From: Peribolospora baueri | Lineage: Eukaryota | Reading direction: 5' to 3' | Assembly: GCA_029717555.1 (NCBI GenBank) | Contig: JAMDHS010000078.1 | Span: 1 to 64,000, forward strand | Length of the DNA: 64,000 bases | In this document: one piece after another, positions 15,701-27,286 of the stretch | How the letters are laid out: every line of letters begins with the position of its first letter | How positions within the stretch are numbered: position 1 is the stretch's first letter | The notes under the pieces: generated by a model | Told to the model about the DNA's origin: nothing | Databases searched by the model: none | Seen by the model: the letters and a program-made list of their open reading frames with translations, nothing else | Translations under genes and position numbers: made by a program

Positions 15701-18700
15701 AACCTCAGTACGGACCCCGAGGTGCACTTCAAGTACATCCAGGCGGCCACTCGAACCGGTCAGATCCGCGAGGTGGAGCGTATCTGCCGAGAGAGCAACT
15801 ACTACAACGCCGAGAAGGTCAAGAATTTCCTCAAGGAGGCCAAGCTGCAGGATCAGTTGCCGCTCATCATCGTCTGCGACAGGTTCGGCTTCGTTCACGA
15901 CCTTGTTCTCTACCTCTACCAAAACGGTCTTACGAACTTCATCGAGGTGTACGTCCAGCGCGTCAACTCGAGTCGCACTCCACAGGTCGTTGGCGGCCTG
16001 CTTGATGTGGACTGCGACGAGAGCACGATCAAGAACCTCCTCGCCAGCGTCACTGGTCCCATCCCCGTGGACGATCTCGTGGACGAAGTTGAGAAGCGTA
16101 ACCGCCTCAAGCTCATTCTGCCCTGGCTTGAGGCGCGGATCGCTGCCGGTCAGCAGGACCCGCCTCTGTACAACGCCCTGGCCAAGATCTACATCGACAG
16201 TAACCAGAACCCAGAGCAGTTCCTCAAGGAAAACAACATCTACGAGCCCCTGATCGTCGGCAAATACTGCGAGAAGCGTGACCCGTACCTGGCGTACATC
16301 GCTTACGCCAAGGGCTTCTGCGACGACGAGTTGATCGCCATCACGAATGAAAACACAATGTTCAAGCATCAGGCGCGTTACCTCGTCCTCCGCCGACGCC
16401 TCGAGCTCTGGGCCCAGGTCCTCTCTCCGGACAACATGCACCGCCGCGCGCTCATCGACCAGATCACCGCCACTGCTGTGCCGGAGTCGACCAACCCGGA
16501 CGACGTCTCCGTGACCGTCAAGGCGTTCATGGCTGCTGACCTGCCGCACGAGCTCATTGAGCTCCTCGAGAAGATCATCCTCGAGCCCTCCGCCTTCAGC
16601 GACAACAAGAGCCTTAAGAATCTTTTGCTGCTTACTGCCGTCCGCACCGACAAGGGCCGCGTTATGGGTTACATCAACCGCCTGTCAGGGTACGACAGCA
16701 ATGAGATTGCCAAGATTGCCATCGACCACGGTCTATATGAGGAAGCATTTACCGTGTTCCAGAAGCACGAGCAGCATGCGGAGGCTATGGACGTGCTGGT
16801 CGAGCACGTCGTTTCCATCGACCGTGCGTACCAGTATGCCAACAAGATTAACAAACCCGAGGTATGGAGCCGGCTCGGTAAGGCCCAGTTGGATGGCTTG
16901 CGCATCAAGGACGCCATCGACTCGTACATCAAGGCGGACGACCCGAGCAACTTCGCCGAAGTTATCGAGATCGCCGGCCACGCGGGCAAGGAGGAGGACT
17001 TGGTACGGTACTTGCAGATGGCGCGGAAGCAGCTTAGGGAGCCGAAGATCGACAGCGAGCTCGCGTACGCGTATGCCAAGACGGATAGGTTGCAGGACAT
17101 GGAGGAGTTCCTGTCGATGACCAACGTTGCCGACATTCTCGAGGTGGGAGAGAAGTGCTTTGAGGCTCAGCTCTATGAGGCCGCTCGCATACTCTTCCAG
17201 AGCATCTCCAACTGGGCTCGTCTTGCCACGACGTACGTGTACCTTGGCAATCTGGTTCCGGCTGTAGACTCTGCTCGCAAAGCAGGCTCGACGGCGACTT
17301 GGCGCTCAGTGTTCGCCGCTTGTATCGACAAGAACGAGATGAACTTGGCGCAGATCGCTGCGCGAGAGCTCGTGGTGCAGGCTACGGAGCTTGACAATGT
17401 CATCGCTCTGTACGAGCGCAAGGGTCTGTTCGACGACCTTGTGGCCACGCTCGAGTCGTCCATGGGCTCGGAGAGAGCGCACATGGGTATCTTCACCGCC
17501 CTCGCTACTTGCTACGCCAAGCACAAGCCACCGAAGCTCATGGACTTCCTCAAGATCTACTACGGACGGATCAACCTCCCCAAGGTTATCAAGACCACAG
17601 AGGCGGCGCATTTGTGGTCCGAGCTCGTCTTCTTGTACGTCAAGTACGAGGAGCCTGACAACGCTGCCTTGGCGATGATGGAGCGCGCGGCGGATGCGTG
17701 GGACCATGAGCTGTTCAAGGATATCATCGTCAAGGTATCCAACACCGAGGTCATGTACCGCGCCATCACGTTCTACCTCAACGAGCACCCTCTTCTCCTC
17801 ACCGACCTTCTCGCCGTTTGCACGCCTCGCATCGACCACACGCGCGTCGTGAAGATGTTCAAGCGCGCCGACAACGACAACGTGCCCTTGATCAAGTCCT
17901 ACCTCATCGCGGTGCAGCCGGTGCGTGTCCTGATCAGTCGCTGTGTAGTGAACGGCTTGGTAAATTTGGGCTGACCTCAACCTTTACTTTTTCTATTATG
18001 ATGATTGCAAACAGAAAAACATTGAGGCCGTCAACGACGCGTACAACGATCTGCTCATAGAGGAGGAGGACTACAAGACGCTCCGCGATTCGATCGACAG
18101 TTTCGACAACTTTGACAGCATCGGACTTGCGTCCAGGCTCGAGAAACACGAGCTGCTCGAGTTCAGGAGGTTGGCGGCTCACTTGTACAAGGTGCGTACG
18201 GAGCTCCTGAGGTGGCCGTTTGCAGGTATTTCCCGCTGACCCGATCCGTTTGTGCGCAGAAAAACGGCCGATGGGAGGACTCGATCTCGCTTTCAAAGCA
18301 GGACAAGCTCTTCAAGGACGCAATGGAGACGGCTGCGGCAAGCAACAACTCGGAGGTGGCCGAGGAGCTGCTGAGTTACTTTGTGGACATTGGCAACAAA
18401 GAGTGCTTCGCCGCTTGCCTCTACACTTGCTACGACCTTTTGCGCCTCGACGTGGTCATGGAGCTCAGCTGGCGTCACAGCTTGAACGACTTTAGCATGC
18501 CGTTCCAGCTGCAGCATATGAGGGATCAGCAGACGAGGGTGAGCGAACGGTAGTCGCTCGAAACAAGACTGCGGACTGGTCTGACCTAGCTTACCTTTCG
18601 TACGCTTCGGATTTTTTATTTTATTTTCATTTTCATTATTTTCAGCTCGCGCAACTGGAGAAGGAGATGAAGGAGTCCCGGACAAAAGAGGCGGCCAAGG

Positions 18701-18774
18701 AGAAGGAGGAGGAGGACACGCCGATCATTAATCCTGGTTTCGGGGCGCGGCTCATCACCTCCGGGTTTATGTAG
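12769..18774 (+). CDS. CHC1: Clathrin heavy chain (multi-exon)
   Basis: [12 protein letters not shown]...[84 protein letters not shown]. Stop at 18772-18774. Confidence 0.98.
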
Positions 18775-20019
18775 AATCCTTCTACCTTCCGTTACCATCT
18801 TCTAGCCACCTCCTGAACTGCTCTGTCGTGTTATTTTCCACGTGTGTGCGTGCGATCTTCTTCCTTCTCCCTCTTTCTCTCTGGCGAAAGCTTGGAAATT
18901 CGATGGCTGTTGTCGATGCGGAGCAGTGGCCTACGCGATTGAGTGCTGTGAATACATAACCCATAGTTACCCGTTCGATCTCGCCGTGGTCGTGTCGTCC
19001 GTCGATGAAACGCCTTGGCTCAATTACTCGGGTCGGAGCCAGGCTAAACTGATATACTATACTGGCTCGATTGTGACAGCGGCTAGCTGTGTGGTCGCTG
19101 GCGTGATGGATAAAAGAATGGCGCCGGTCTGCGGCTGCTCGCCCGGATTCTTCCCTTGTCCTCGCACAACGTCTTCCGTAATGCCCCTTTGTCGCTTTTT
19201 TAATGGCGTAGCTACATGCGCGGACAGGAGGGGAGGAAGAAAAGGACATGGGAAGGCGGCCGTGAAAGGGAGGTGAGACGCCGAGACAAAGACATGTCCG
19301 GCAGGCGGGCCGTTTGATCCCCCAATCATTGGACACGCTAGCATGTCGTTGGTGGTCGAAATCGCCGCACGCCATCAACAGCGACTAAGCCGTTATCAGG
19401 ACGGTAAGGAGGGCGTCGACTCAGACCTTGTGCGAGCCTGGATGTACGGTGGAGTTAACGAGAATGCACAAGAAGAATGACTGCTGAACAAAGGAATTAG
19501 CCCACACTCCTACTACACTAGCACTGCATCACACTATGCCGCCCGTACCTAGCACAGGCCAAAGAGCAGTGCACCGCACCAGGAGGTCGTACTACTAAGG
19601 AGGGAAACGAGCCGAGCGAGGACGATTTGGGCGAAGATAGCCTCTCACCATTGTCGGGACGGTGCGTCTCCCACGACAGTCGACTAGCACTTCCTCGTCC
19701 GTTGTTCACCCGCACACGAGTTGCATCGTCGACGATGATGGCGCCGGTGGCATATAAAACTCACAGACCCTGGTCATGTTTGCCACACTTCTCTCCACAC
19801 CCCATCCTCTCACATCTTCCACTTCGTCTTTAGCATCTATTGAGCACACAGGTGTCGCCTCAATAGCACGACAATGCCTTCCAAGGCCTGTGCGCTGTTC
19901 ATCACTCGCTTGCAGCATCCTTCGAGAGACGCTTCGCTCTCCGCTTGATTCGTCGAGTGTGCACCCTCAATTGCTCACACGTGCCGTCGAGGCTCTTGCC
20001 GCGATATCCCACGTCCATC

Positions 20020-22460
20020 ATGTCTCCCAAGCGCACCTATCGTAGCAAAGCTCCCAAGAGCGAGCCACCCGCCCCTACGAGGTGAGTCTTTGTCCAGACT
20101 TCCTACGTCGAGTTGGGCGGACGTCCTGGAGCTGGATGTAAAACGCGCCGCGCTCGCTCCACTCCTGTTTCGGTGGTCCTCGCGACGTGTTCTTTCCACA
20201 CTACGTATCGACGGACGGCCCGACGTTTGCTTTACGGAACTGCACAGCACATGCTTACTGTCTCCTTTCGCTCATCCACGTTTCGCGACCGTCAGAACGA
20301 GTGCCAGACTTCGAGTAAGGTCGCAACCTCCGCAGGCTTCTGGCGCTACTCAACTTGGCGGGCGACTGCAGACGCTTGCCACCGAGTCTGGCGCCAGACG
20401 TCATTCCACATCTGCTGTCCCTCCTACCCATGAGGGCCATGTTGATGTCGAGGTTCAGAGGGCCGATGTCAACGCCGACGCCGCCGCCGATGTCAAGAGC
20501 GAGCTGGTCCTGCAGAGTGACCCATCGAGGTCTCTCCCCGGCGCGCCTGCTTGCGCCACGACAGACAATTCGACACCGAACCTTTCGGCTCCCGAGCTTT
20601 CGCTTTCACGTTTGGCCTCCGATAAAGGCCAATCCCGCGAAGTGGCTCCCAGCAGCCCTCCTGGTCCTGAGTCTAATCCTACCCTCCCGCAGGTTTCGTC
20701 CGAGTCGTGTAGAGTCTACCCCAAGGTGGAAAGCGTCTCTACACCTCTTCTTAGCCCTGGTGCACGCCAACCGGCCGAGCCGAGGGGAAAGAAAAGATTG
20801 AGATGCGAAGCACCCGATGCTACGGCGTCCAGGTCAGCGCGGAACGCAGCACGAGGACCTGCCGAATCCATGCCAAGGACTCGGGCGAGTACGCGGCGGG
20901 GAGGGATACACCATCCGGGTGAGTGCCGTTGACTCGAAATGAAAGTTTGCTTGGGGACTGTATCTCTGAGCATACTTTATGGTTTCTGAATTTCCTTGGC
21001 CAAACTGCAAGCAGATGGTCCCATGACCATTAGCCGTAAGGACGCAGAAGAGTGAGTAGAATGGACCCCCCCTTTCACTGTATACATCATTCCTATGATC
21101 CGATTGTAAACTGAACGAATCGCGACCCGGATGTTTATATTCTTCGCTTCTCTGCACACCGTCTCTGTCAGCCTGGAAACATACCTGAATGTGGCCAGTC
21201 ACCTGCTGCGCCAGTCGCTTAATGATTCGAAGATGGACGAGGATCTTCTCGACCTCCTCTCCGAGCCCGAGTCGCCTAGTCCTGACGACATCGCTAATCC
21301 CGCCTCCAACATTCCCTGCAACGCTGGGGCCCCTCCCTCTGCCGACCCAGACCCCGCGTCCGGAAAATGGATGTTGACTAGGGAGGAAGTGGCGAGGAGC
21401 CTGAGGTTCGTACTTTCTAGGGCGTACCGTTACCTCGACATGGCGCGCAACAGAACACTGGAAGTTATCGATATGGATCGCAGAGAGCGCGAGACCGAGG
21501 CGAGAAGAATACAGGAGGTGAACGAGCGAGTGGAGAGGCGGCAGTTTCGGGTGAGTTAGAAGGGCGCGCTCTTTTCGACGTGGCGTGGTCGGGGGCACAG
21601 CGGATACGATCCCTGTCCTATCGCGGTCCTTCATAGGATCCCTGGGACCTATGCGCGATGTGCCTCCCAAATCAAGCACGAGCCGAATTTGTGTGGTGGC
21701 CTTTGGACGACCGACCTGCGAAGATCGTATACATCATAGTACATAGTGAAACCCTTACTTCGATTCATGTCGCTTACGTTCTTGCCTTGCCATCTCCCCA
21801 TCTCCTTTGTTCCCCGTATAGCACAATGAATACGACCTTCGCCGGGCGCATGGGCTGCAGGCGGCCAGACAAAGGCGGCTGGTGGAGCGAGATATGGGGA
21901 GGTCTCCCTTCGACAGAGATTACGTCAACAATTGTGCCGACTCGATGGTGTTCAATGAAACACGGGAGAGGGCAGGCAACCTTCAGACCGTTCGGTCACC
22001 CTTGGATGAGGGCGGGCTTGACCCGTGGCACTGGGAGGACTATGACCATTGGGAGTCAGAGGTGGATCGTTCGCAAGACCTTCAGGACATTGGAAATAGG
22101 TCTCACGACCTAGGACGGATAAGGAGGGCAATGTCGGACAGGAGGGAAGGAGCTAGGAATGGAAACGGGGCGGTGGGGCTCGAGCACTTCGAGAAGTCGG
22201 ACGGTCGGTCGGGAGGGTTGGAGACGGTTAGAGAGGAGGAGGTGCCAGATGAGGAGACGGTCAGAGAGGAAGAGGTACCAAATGAGGAGGAAAGGGCCCG
22301 CAAGGTGATAAAAGAGGTTTCACGTCTTCTCAACGATATTCTCAACGAAGGTCAGGCGTAGATCAGACGCTGATCGCTCGCTTTTTTCCCACATGCAGCG
22401 CCCGCGCAGAGAGTCTCGCGTTCGTCCCGACCGTCAATCTGGACACACTCGTCAGGCTAG
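20020..22460 (+). CDS. Multi-exon orphan/hypothetical protein (about 7 exons)
   Basis: Starts MSPKRTYRSK at ATG 20020. Successive GT..AG introns (20082-20295, then near 20.92, 21.05, 21.55, 21.73 and 22.35 kb) link ORFs 20090-20932, 21131-21559 and 21882-22361 in compatible phases. No recognisable domain; basic NLS-like motifs (RGKKRLR). Confidence 0.55.
22221..22286 (+). repeat. 33-bp tandem duplication (ETVREEEVPDE / ETVREEEVPNE)
   Basis: gagacggttagagaggaggaggtgccagatgag is followed by gagacggtcagagaggaagaggtaccaaatgag; differences are mostly synonymous. Confidence 0.8.
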
Positions 22461-22802
22461 GGTTGGTTCCCGACGTGCAAACACCCGTCACTCATCGTCG
22501 TCGGTAACTGTTGCTGCTGAAGAACCCGTCTCGAAAGCAAGCCGACCTGGCTCAGGACAGCTTTCCACCAGCACAAGTACTGTTGAGTTCCCAGCGTCTT
22601 CACCGGTTGGATCTGACGTCGGCTATTGCAATATGTCACCAGCGCGTCGTGCCCGACGGCGAATTGAGGGAGGCGAGGGATGTATCGCGCGGTCAGGGCC
22701 ATCGAATGGGGCCGCATATCACTGCTCGGACGTCCAAAGCAGCGGCAGCAGCAGATATTGGGAGACTGTCCTTGACCCGGACGTCCGCAGGGAGGTGCGA
22801 GG

Positions 22803-23152
22803 TCTCGCGCAAGAGATCTTGCAGGATGGCTCGCCAGCGCGCCGATGTCTCAATGGTCACACGGCATCGACGGATCGCGCTCAGTCAGTCACTCTCGGTC
22901 GCCCTTAAACCGAGATATCTTGTAGAGCCTGAAAGCTACTAGATCTCGCTGGCAGCAAGCTGCTCATACGGCAGCTCCAAGTCCAATTCACGTCTTTCCT
23001 CCCAATGCCCGCTTGGCATAGTAGTTTTGGCGCACGTACGACACCCAAGGGGCCATATTGGGAGAGACTGAACGCGAAGGCCTGTCGATGTCGTGTGACC
23101 ATTGCGACATCGGTGCACTGGCGAATCCTCCTGCAAGATCACTTGTGTGAGA
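22803..23152. repeat. Degenerate inverted repeat (69-bp arms, 59/69 identical, 212-bp spacer)
   Basis: 22803-22871 aligns without gaps to the reverse complement of 23084-23152 (manual alignment, 10 mismatches). Confidence 0.85.
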
Positions 23153-23394
23153 TTACGAACCGACGGCGATCCGAAAACCCTGGTGCACGCGTCGGCAGTG
23201 TGTACTCTAGGTATCGAACTAGCGGACAGCACAGAACGCGGTACCGTGATCGTCTATTAACCGTAATTTAAAGACGGGAGTTTACAAAAGAGCATGTGAC
23301 TCCTTGGAAAGGCCTTGGCGCGAGAGAAGGAGAGAAAGGGAGAACGCTGAGCCAAACAATACCATGGATATGGCGAAGCTACTACGTCAGATGA

Positions 23395-25681
23395 CTAATC
23401 GACAAAGAGACGTTTGCGACTGGTTGGCTCAGAGAACCTGTATGACAAGGCGTACGGGGCAAGACAAGATTCTCGGTTAGTTGCAAAGTCCACACGCACG
23501 CCTGCGAATCGTTCGGGCGTCGTCCAGGCGCCCAAAATGGACCGAGAAAGGTCGGTCCGTTCTACACACATAAGCCACTCCTGGTGCCCGACGCCTTTGA
23601 TGTAATCCACTGTCTGCGTCTGCGGAAAGCGCCCGAAGATGCGCTCCAGGCTGGCCACGAAGTTCTTGCCGCGTTCTGTGCGTGGTGGTGGGGAACGACC
23701 ACGTGAAGTCAATGGAGCGGCGCAAGGGTGCCGGCAGACAAGCCAGCTGGAGACCGTAGAAATAGCACGTAGGGAACTCACTAATGTGCGTCTTGCCTTG
23801 AACCATGGCCTGGCATCGATGATCGATGGCGCTCTGGTCGTCGAGACCAAAGGCGTAGTGAACCTTTCTGGTGATGTAGCGAAAGATGGCGGCCTTTCGA
23901 TCAATGCCTGCGTTTAAGGCGTAAGTCGGAACTGGCGCAGGAAGACAAAGGGTATGAGCGAGGCGCAAGGCAGCGAGAAGACGACGGAAGAGGGTTAAGA
24001 AGCATTGAATGCGCCTACGTTTCCCGTCGAAGCCGTACTTTACCGTGCGGAGAAACGTCAAGGAGCAATGAGGGCGATACAATTGAGCTATGACTTGGCC
24101 GGTTGTCAAGTACAGAAACCAAACAGCTCACTTTGTAGTCATTGTACTCAGGGCACTTCTTCACCGACTCGGGCCTCTTCCCATCCAGCCAAATGAACGA
24201 AGCCGGGTTCGAGATCCAGTAGCGAAGGGAGATTGTAGAGGCCGGGGCATCCTTGCCGAATGTGACGTAGCGCTGCGTGAGCTGGCCTCCGGCAGAGTGC
24301 TGCAAGTGAAGAGAGTTCGTGGGCCCACACAAGGTCAGTCAGACTTTGAAGGAAGGCCACATAGGTGACAAAGAAGCACTTCGACGTACACCCGCGACCA
24401 TAACAACTTCGACCTTTGGGAAGCGCTTTCTATCTGAAGACCAGTTGACGAGCCAGTCAATCACGTCGAACGAGCTAATGTTGCCCACATGGGCTGGATA
24501 ACTGTCAAAGTTGGATCGAGGTGTTAAGTTCGTCTGGACACCGCTAGCCAGATGGCCAACACAATAACTCACAGACTATGGTATCCCTTGGCCCAATCGT
24601 CCCCATTCCACACCAAGACGCCGTTAGCCGAACTGTTCGTCTTGTTGTCGTACGTGTATGCGCCGTTCTTGTCTACTTCGGACAAGTATTCGGGAGCGAT
24701 GATGAGGATCTCAGCGGGGTCGAATTGGGCATTGTAAGAGGACTTGGGGTGCTTCGGATTGAGGTGCGAGGAGTGATGCTTGTGGTGATGCTTGTTCGGT
24801 CCCTTGGTACGGTGCGACTTCGACGCGCTTTTCACGGCTTTCTTGCCATGGTGAACGTGGTTGCGGTGTTCAAGCCGATTCTGGCTTTTCAAGGACGAAG
24901 TCGTGTTGACCGGACTGGGCTTCGGGGCGCTGTTCGGGGTGCTGTTCGGGGCGCTGTTCGGGGCGCTGTTCGGGGTGCTGTTCGGGGTGCTGTTTGCGGT
25001 GCTGTTCGCGGTCCCCTGCGCATTGCTAACGGGGGAGGGCATTGCCGCGAGAGGAGACGGACCAGGGATCTCAACAGGTTGCGTTGAATGCTCCTTAGCC
25101 TCGAGCGAGAGAGCAGTGTTGACGTTGCTCCACACGTTCCACCCGTCGCGGTGTTTCTTGATAAAATGAAAAGAAACCGAGTGGACAGATAAGATTAAGA
25201 GATGACGAATGAAAGGGGAAAGCAGGGCAAGAAGAGAGGAAAGTCGACGTACGCCATGACTAGCGATGATGACTCGCTTGAGCTTGGCCGGGTCGTAGCC
25301 TTTCGTGACGTAAACGGGCTGTGTAGAGAGTGAAAGGCAGGGACGGACGGTAACAGGTAGGTAGGCCTTCACAAGTCGCCTAGTTCACGAGGCTGCGAAG
25401 AGCCAAGAGAGGACAGCACGCACCATCCGAGCACCATTTCTAATCTCGAAGTACTCGAGTTGAGCTCCCTCGACCGAAGGCAGCTCCTTCCAGCCTTTTC
25501 TCCAGCCGTCGCGAGAGCCGGGGAATACTCCAGGCGCGTGGGCGACGGAGCTCTGGAGGCTGGTGGTCATGAGATCGTCGACGGATGTCTTGGCCGCCAG
25601 GAGGAGGGAGGTGATGTTGAAGGCGGCCGTCGATCCTGGAAGCAAAAGCGGGAGAAGGTACAACAGCGAGAGCTTGACCAT
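23395..25681 (-). CDS. Secreted alpha/beta-hydrolase-fold protein with low-complexity insert (multi-exon)
   Basis: Signal peptide MVKLSLLYLLPLLLPGSTAA. Further motifs: RVIIASHG, ILIIAPEY, SSFDVIDWL, nucleophile elbow VAG|HSAGGQLTQRY split by an intron, YWISNPAS, CPEYNDYKYG, and late GVGH as candidate catalytic His. The 3' end is uncertain. Confidence 0.75.
24921..25012. repeat. 12-bp coding minisatellite (about 7.5 copies; encodes NS[T/A][P/A] repeats)
   Basis: Unit gctgttcgggg(c/t) is repeated in tandem; the translation is ANSTANSTPNSTPNSAPNSAPNSTPNSAP. Confidence 0.9.
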
Positions 25682-27286
25682 TTTGTGTAACGTGCAAGGA
25701 AAAAGGACAAGAAAAGAAGGTACAAGGCAACACTGGGGTTTAGTCTGCAAGGCAAAAGAGAGGGCCGAACACGGCAGTGAGGACGAGGCCAAGCGGGAGA
25801 GGACGAAGGAGGAGGGCGGGAAGAGGGGCGGGGGTGATGGGAGAGAAAAGAGGGAGAACAAGGACCTCTCAAAGCAACGGGGCTGTTTATAGCCTTCTCA
25901 TCGAGCCATCGCTCTTCTCTGAAGGATGCCAAGCGGTGGCCGGAAGGTCGAAGACGAAGAGAGAGACGAGCGTTCCTGTCTGGCGACGCGTCGTGATGGT
26001 CCGTGCGTCGACGACGTTGGATGACCACGGACAGATCCTGCCTCGCGCCGGCGCGTGGGCCTAGAGAGAAGGCGAAGAAGGTCGACTCGGGCGTCAGAAG
26101 TTCCTTTTTTCCGCGCCATCTCTCCTGGAGGAAAATTTGCTTTCGGTTTTCGAAAAGCCGTATTGTTGAGTCGGGCTCGTACCAGCTGGTGCCCACCACC
26201 GTACCAGCCAGAATTCGCCTCTTGGTCCTTCCGAGAACCACCCATTCTCCACTTGGTGCCACATGTCGCGAGGGTCAAGGTATGGGAAAGATGGTGCGGA
26301 GAGCCTAGTAGCGGTCGTTGAAAGCAAGGAATCGGCTACAGCTTGTGCAAAGGATGTGGAGCCAAGGTAAAGCAGCGAGAGAGGCAGAGAGAAGAGAGGA
26401 GCGCGGGTGGGAATGGACCACCTGTTTGTCAGCGGAGGGAGAGAGCAACTGTTCTTCGATTCCCTGCCTAGAGCAAGTCGGCAATACTGCTCGCATCTCT
26501 TGGAGGAAGAGTCCGTATTGGGTGAGTAAGGCGGCGAAGGTGGTGGCGTCGTCAGCTCCCGCAGTCTTCCTCGCCAGGGCTAGAGACACTGCTGACGTCG
26601 TTGAAAACCTCTTCGAGGACTCATTGCACGTCGACCGCGCGCGTACACGTCCTCTTTGACGAACCACATTATCTGCGTCCCCACTCTCTGTCAAAGAGGA
26701 TGTATACGGCAAAGCCAGCCCTCGGGGGCCGCACCCGGTGGGTACGATCGAGCCATAGCGCTCGCGAAAGCACCGATGAGGCATTGGAATAGGAAAAGGT
26801 CGGAGGCGTGCAGAGAGGAGTCGAGCAGCTCTTGGATGGAGAGTGGGTTCCAAATAACAGTGGAGAGACTCAGGAAAGGCTTGTCTGCGCTCTAAGAGGG
26901 TCATTTGTGTGCTTGCTAGTGATCGTCCCATTGCTCGGTGTCGGGAGACGAGGTTGAGAAGGGCACATCGGTCCAATCGCGGAGATTGATCGACGCGGGC
27001 GATCGAACGTGCTTCGTCTCGCTCTGCCTTGTTTGTCTCTGCCCACCACCTACACATATGCTTCGCCGGGTTATAAAGACGAGGAGGCTCCTTGACCTTC
27101 CTTCTCGCCTTCCCTTCCTACGCACACAGCCTCGCTGAGGCTCCTCTACGTCCTAGTCAAGCTTCCTCCCCCTATCGATTACAACTCGCGCATCCAACCC
27201 ATCATAGGGCCATCAAGTCCACCCGGACGGGATAGGGCGGAAGGATCTACCTCTCTGGCGAGATTTCGTTCATCGACAAGATCACG

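Noticed and set aside
15662..17980. Long antisense ORFs (e.g. 15662-16549, 17306-17980) opposite CHC1, and similar ones opposite other genes
   Set aside because: These are expected shadows of GC-rich, codon-biased coding sequence and show no recognisable domains.
24921..25012. Regular repeats as a CRISPR-like array
   Set aside because: Contiguous 12-bp units without spacers, in frame inside a eukaryotic CDS.
26094..27057. Minus-strand 250-aa ORF (26305-27057) plus 26094-26327 as a gene
   Set aside because: No recognisable domain, and I could not build a phase-consistent splice model. It may be a decayed gene, but it is not supportable as a feature.
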